Source: Gemmatimonadota bacterium
Lineage (GTDB): Bacteria > Gemmatimonadota > Gemmatimonadetes > Gemmatimonadales > GWC2-71-9
Length of the DNA stretch: 47,512 nucleotides
Reading direction: 5' to 3'
NCBI GenBank assembly: GCA_003221005.1
Contig: QHTZ01000072.1
Span: 1-47,512, forward strand
This document shows positions 45,018 to 47,512 of this stretch, piece after piece. The notes beneath the pieces were generated by a model. It worked only from the letters and a program-made list of their open reading frames with translations, was not told the DNA's origin and ran no database searches. Positions within the stretch are counted from its first letter, which is position 1. Every line of letters starts with the position of its first letter. The translations under genes were made by a program, and so were the position numbers.

Positions 45018-45055
45018 CCGCTCCTACGTCTCCCGTTTCTCGTTTCCCGTTTCGC
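44986..45055. repeat. Inverted pair of GGGAAAC heptamer arrays spanning two convergent stop codons (possible bidirectional terminator/REP-like hairpin)
   Basis: Arms 44986-45016 and 45025-45055 match at 27/31 positions; 8 nt loop. Confidence 0.8.
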
Positions 45056-45716
45056 GGAGCTCCCCAAGCTCGCGCAACACCCGCTCGTCGATCTCATGCC
45101 CCCCATCGAATTCCACGACGCGGAACGAGATCCCGTGCGTGGTCAGTCGCTCCCGCTCGCGCGCGAGGATCTTGGGGGTGATGAACTCGTCGCGGCGCCC
45201 CGCCACGAGCGTGAGATCCACGCCGGCGAGTCGCTCACGCGCAGCCACCAGGTCGAGGTCGGGCGGGATCTCGCCTCCCCAGAGAATCAGCCGCTCCGCG
45301 TGCGCGACGCCCTGCGCCAGCCAGCGGCATGCCGTCGCCGTCCCTTGTGAGAACCCGAGCACCGTCACGCGGGCGCGCGAGCGCTCGCGACCGGTGCGCA
45401 CGGTCGCGTATACCGCGTCGAGATACCGCACGTAGTCCGCGATCTCCGCCAGCCGATCCTCGCGTGTCATCCAGCTCGCGCCCACCTTGCGAGCGGCCGC
45501 TCCCTCACTCATCTCACCCACGTAGAACCGCGACAGCCCCTCCGGGGCGACCACGAGCCTCCCCTTTCCGGCGAGTGACTCGAAATGCCGCAGCAAGCGC
45601 CCGGCCAGCTGGCCGTACCCATGCAAGACGAACCAGACGTCCGCCACCTCACGCGAGCCATCACCCGACGTGTAATAGCGCGCGGAGCGCGTCACTGAGA
45701 TCCGATGCTCTTGCAA
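45024..45716 (-). CDS. Phospholipase/carboxylesterase (alpha/beta hydrolase)
   Basis: LHGYGQ, APEGLSRFY, GASWMTREDR, GFSQG nucleophile, D and FDGGH triad. Confidence 0.88.
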   Translation of the reverse strand: MQEHRISVTRSARYYTSGDGSREVADVWFVLHGYGQLAGRLLRHFESLAGKGRLVVAPEGLSRFYVGEMSEGAAARKVGASWMTREDRLAEIADYVRYLDAVYATVRTGRERSRARVTVLGFSQGTATACRWLAQGVAHAERLILWGGEIPPDLDLVAARERLAGVDLTLVAGRRDEFITPKILARERERLTTHGISFRVVEFDGGHEIDERVLRELGELRETGNEKRET

Positions 45717-45723
45717 GCGCCCC

Positions 45724-47511
45724 TCAGGTCACCAGGATCGTCACGATCTCGTGCGGCTCGGCGACGAACCGCACCGTCTTCCCTCGGGCCTCGAGCACGA
45801 GCGGCGCCGATTCGCGCTCGTCCGCCCGCACCCGATGCGCGCTCCGCACTCCTTCGCCGAAGCGCCACGCCCCGGCGGCTCTCCGCCCCGTCGCGTTGTA
45901 GCAACGCAGCACGAGCGGCGAGCCCGCCTGCGCCGGCTTGACCGCGGACAGCACGAGCCCCGTCCCCTCGAGCGCGATGTCGGGGGCCGCGGGCGCGAGG
46001 TCCACGGCATCGCGCAGCCAGAAGCCGCGCAGCGGAACGAAACAGTCTTCCCACAGCTCCGGGAGCACGTCACCCCGCTCGAGGTCGGTCGCGGAGACCG
46101 GAGCGAGCGCCAGCTCGACCCGGGTGGCGCCGAGGCACTGTGCCTGTGGCGTAGCGCTGGGCCAGGCGGCGTGGCCCGGTCGGGTCGGCAGGTCCCCTCG
46201 CGAGAGCTGCCCGACCGCGCGCAACAGCGTCAGCACGACGTCGCCGCCGGTGGTCCACTCGTACTCGAAGAAGCCCGGTGCGAGGAGCGCGAGCCCGCGG
46301 CTGCCGCTCGCGGCCGCCACGAAACGCTGCGCGGGAGCGGTCGGGACCGGCGTCTCGAGCGGGTAGTCCCGGGCCGGGGCAGCGACCGGTGAGCGGGTCA
46401 CGGCGCCGAACGCTGCCCCCGCCACCACAACCGCTCCGCCCAGCCCCGTCGGCAGCCGCGCGCGCAGCCGGTGGCTCGTCGCCTGGTTGTCGACCTCGAG
46501 CACGCACCGCACGACCGGGCTGTCGGCATGGAGTGAAACGACCAGGCGCAGCGCGACGCGTCCGCGCCGCCCGCCGCCCCCTACTCCACTCCCCGCCGCC
46601 ATTTCCAGTCGCGCTTCCAGGGCGGCGACCAGGGGCCCGGACGCGAGCCGTCGCACCGCCACCGGCCCCGCTGCGCGGAGGAGGCGATCGCGGGCCACAG
46701 GGCAGAACGTGTACGTATCGCCGGCGTCCCCCTCGTCCTCGAGTCGCAGCAGGTCGCCATAACGCTCTCCCGCGCGGCGGTCATGCACCGCCAGGGCGCC
46801 CGTGCCCTCGAACGCCACCTCGACCCAGCGGTTCGCGAGCGCGCGCCCCCGCACTCCCACACCATCGCCAGAGGGGAGGGGGAGGGGCTGCGGATCGCCG
46901 AGCGACAACGTAGCCAGGCCGAGTCCAGGCACGGCCGGCATGCGGAAAGCGACGCGCACGCGCTCCACTTCGTCTTGGTCGGGATAGTGACGCGCCGCCT
47001 CAAGGCGTTCGAGAGCGACAGCGCGACCGAGCACTTGGACCGGGACGGTGCGACCAGCCCCCACCAGCGCGAACGGCCGGTGCCCCGCGGCCTCGTGCAC
47101 CCTGCGTCCGGAGGGCGGACCCACCGGCACGTCGCGCCGGAACAGCGTGAGGTCCGCGATCACGACTCCACCCCGAGGCCGCGCCGCGCCATTCCACATC
47201 ACCAGAGACGGCTTCACGGCGTCGGGCCGTTCGCGCGCGACGTCAGGGTCGTGTCGCACCAGGTCGTGCACGCTGCCCCGCACGATTTCCCGTGCGAAGG
47301 CCTCGACCTCGACGTAGCGCGCCGCGAGCGACTGGGCCACCGGGTCGCTTACGCAGCCGGCGACGGCATCGTGGAACTGGCAGCGGACGAGGGCGCGCCA
47401 TGCGAGGTCGAGCACAGGCCGCCGGTCACGGCCGCCCGCGCGCCGCGCCAGCGCCGCGAGCGGTTCGGCAAACCTCTCGAGCCACAGCTCGAGCTCCGAA
47501 TTGCGACGCTT
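45724..47511 (-). CDS. GH38 alpha-mannosidase/MngB-like glycoside hydrolase, C-terminal part (5' truncated by window edge)
   Basis: KRRN..LE..L...AEPL, AW......QFHDAVAGC.SD.V, D.GD.GDTY, HRLR, LTLLRAVG.LSRGDL.TRPG.A, LSAVK, LRCYN. Confidence 0.88.
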   Translation of the reverse strand, partial: KRRNSELELWLERFAEPLAALARRAGGRDRRPVLDLAWRALVRCQFHDAVAGCVSDPVAQSLAARYVEVEAFAREIVRGSVHDLVRHDPDVARERPDAVKPSLVMWNGAARPRGGVVIADLTLFRRDVPVGPPSGRRVHEAAGHRPFALVGAGRTVPVQVLGRAVALERLEAARHYPDQDEVERVRVAFRMPAVPGLGLATLSLGDPQPLPLPSGDGVGVRGRALANRWVEVAFEGTGALAVHDRRAGERYGDLLRLEDEGDAGDTYTFCPVARDRLLRAAGPVAVRRLASGPLVAALEARLEMAAGSGVGGGGRRGRVALRLVVSLHADSPVVRCVLEVDNQATSHRLRARLPTGLGGAVVVAGAAFGAVTRSPVAAPARDYPLETPVPTAPAQRFVAAASGSRGLALLAPGFFEYEWTTGGDVVLTLLRAVGQLSRGDLPTRPGHAAWPSATPQAQCLGATRVELALAPVSATDLERGDVLPELWEDCFVPLRGFWLRDAVDLAPAAPDIALEGTGLVLSAVKPAQAGSPLVLRCYNATGRRAAGAWRFGEGVRSAHRVRADERESAPLVLEARGKTVRFVAEPHEIVTILVT

Positions 47512-47512
47512 G

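Noticed and set aside
1-47512. CRISPR array, rRNA, tRNA, transposase, integrase or prophage genes
   Set aside because: No regularly spaced 25-45 nt repeats, cloverleafs or mobile-element protein motifs were seen, and intergenic gaps are all short.

Overview
A GC-rich bacterial chromosome segment with about 44 tightly packed CDSs. The gene content (ACIII, Ser/Thr kinase plus BTAD pair, many GTG/leaderless starts) suggests Gemmatimonadota, but this is inference. I found no rRNA, tRNA, CRISPR array, transposase or prophage. From left to right: (1) a + strand spt-like/bCerS-like/cerR-like/AUR1-like PAP2 operon (ceramide synthesis). It converges on a translationally coupled nine-gene - strand operon (HAD, nucleotidyltransferase, ATP-grasp, class III aminotransferase, two CDP-alcohol phosphotransferases, Gfo/Idh/MocA dehydrogenase, flippase-like protein, membrane metallohydrolase). 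Together these are the best candidate for an undescribed system: an amino-cyclitol/amino-polyol phosphosphingolipid head-group pathway. (2) A secreted PHM-like copper protein, a Ser/Thr kinase with a BTAD regulator, a rhodanese-MBL fusion, a cupin, and a VIT-vWA/ECF sigma/anti-sigma unit. (3) Alternative complex III actABCDEF followed by a cupredoxin with altered copper ligands. (4) An orphan catabolic operon (two amidohydrolases, DapA-like, DHOD-like, OSBS/NAAAR). (5) A carbohydrate-type locus (GH38, esterase, family-5 ABC components, GHMP kinase, frameshifted heparinase II/III-like gene). Short 7-8-mer tandem arrays, some as inverted pairs, occur in intergenic DNA and inside reading frames. 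All function calls come from motif recognition only; no searches were run.
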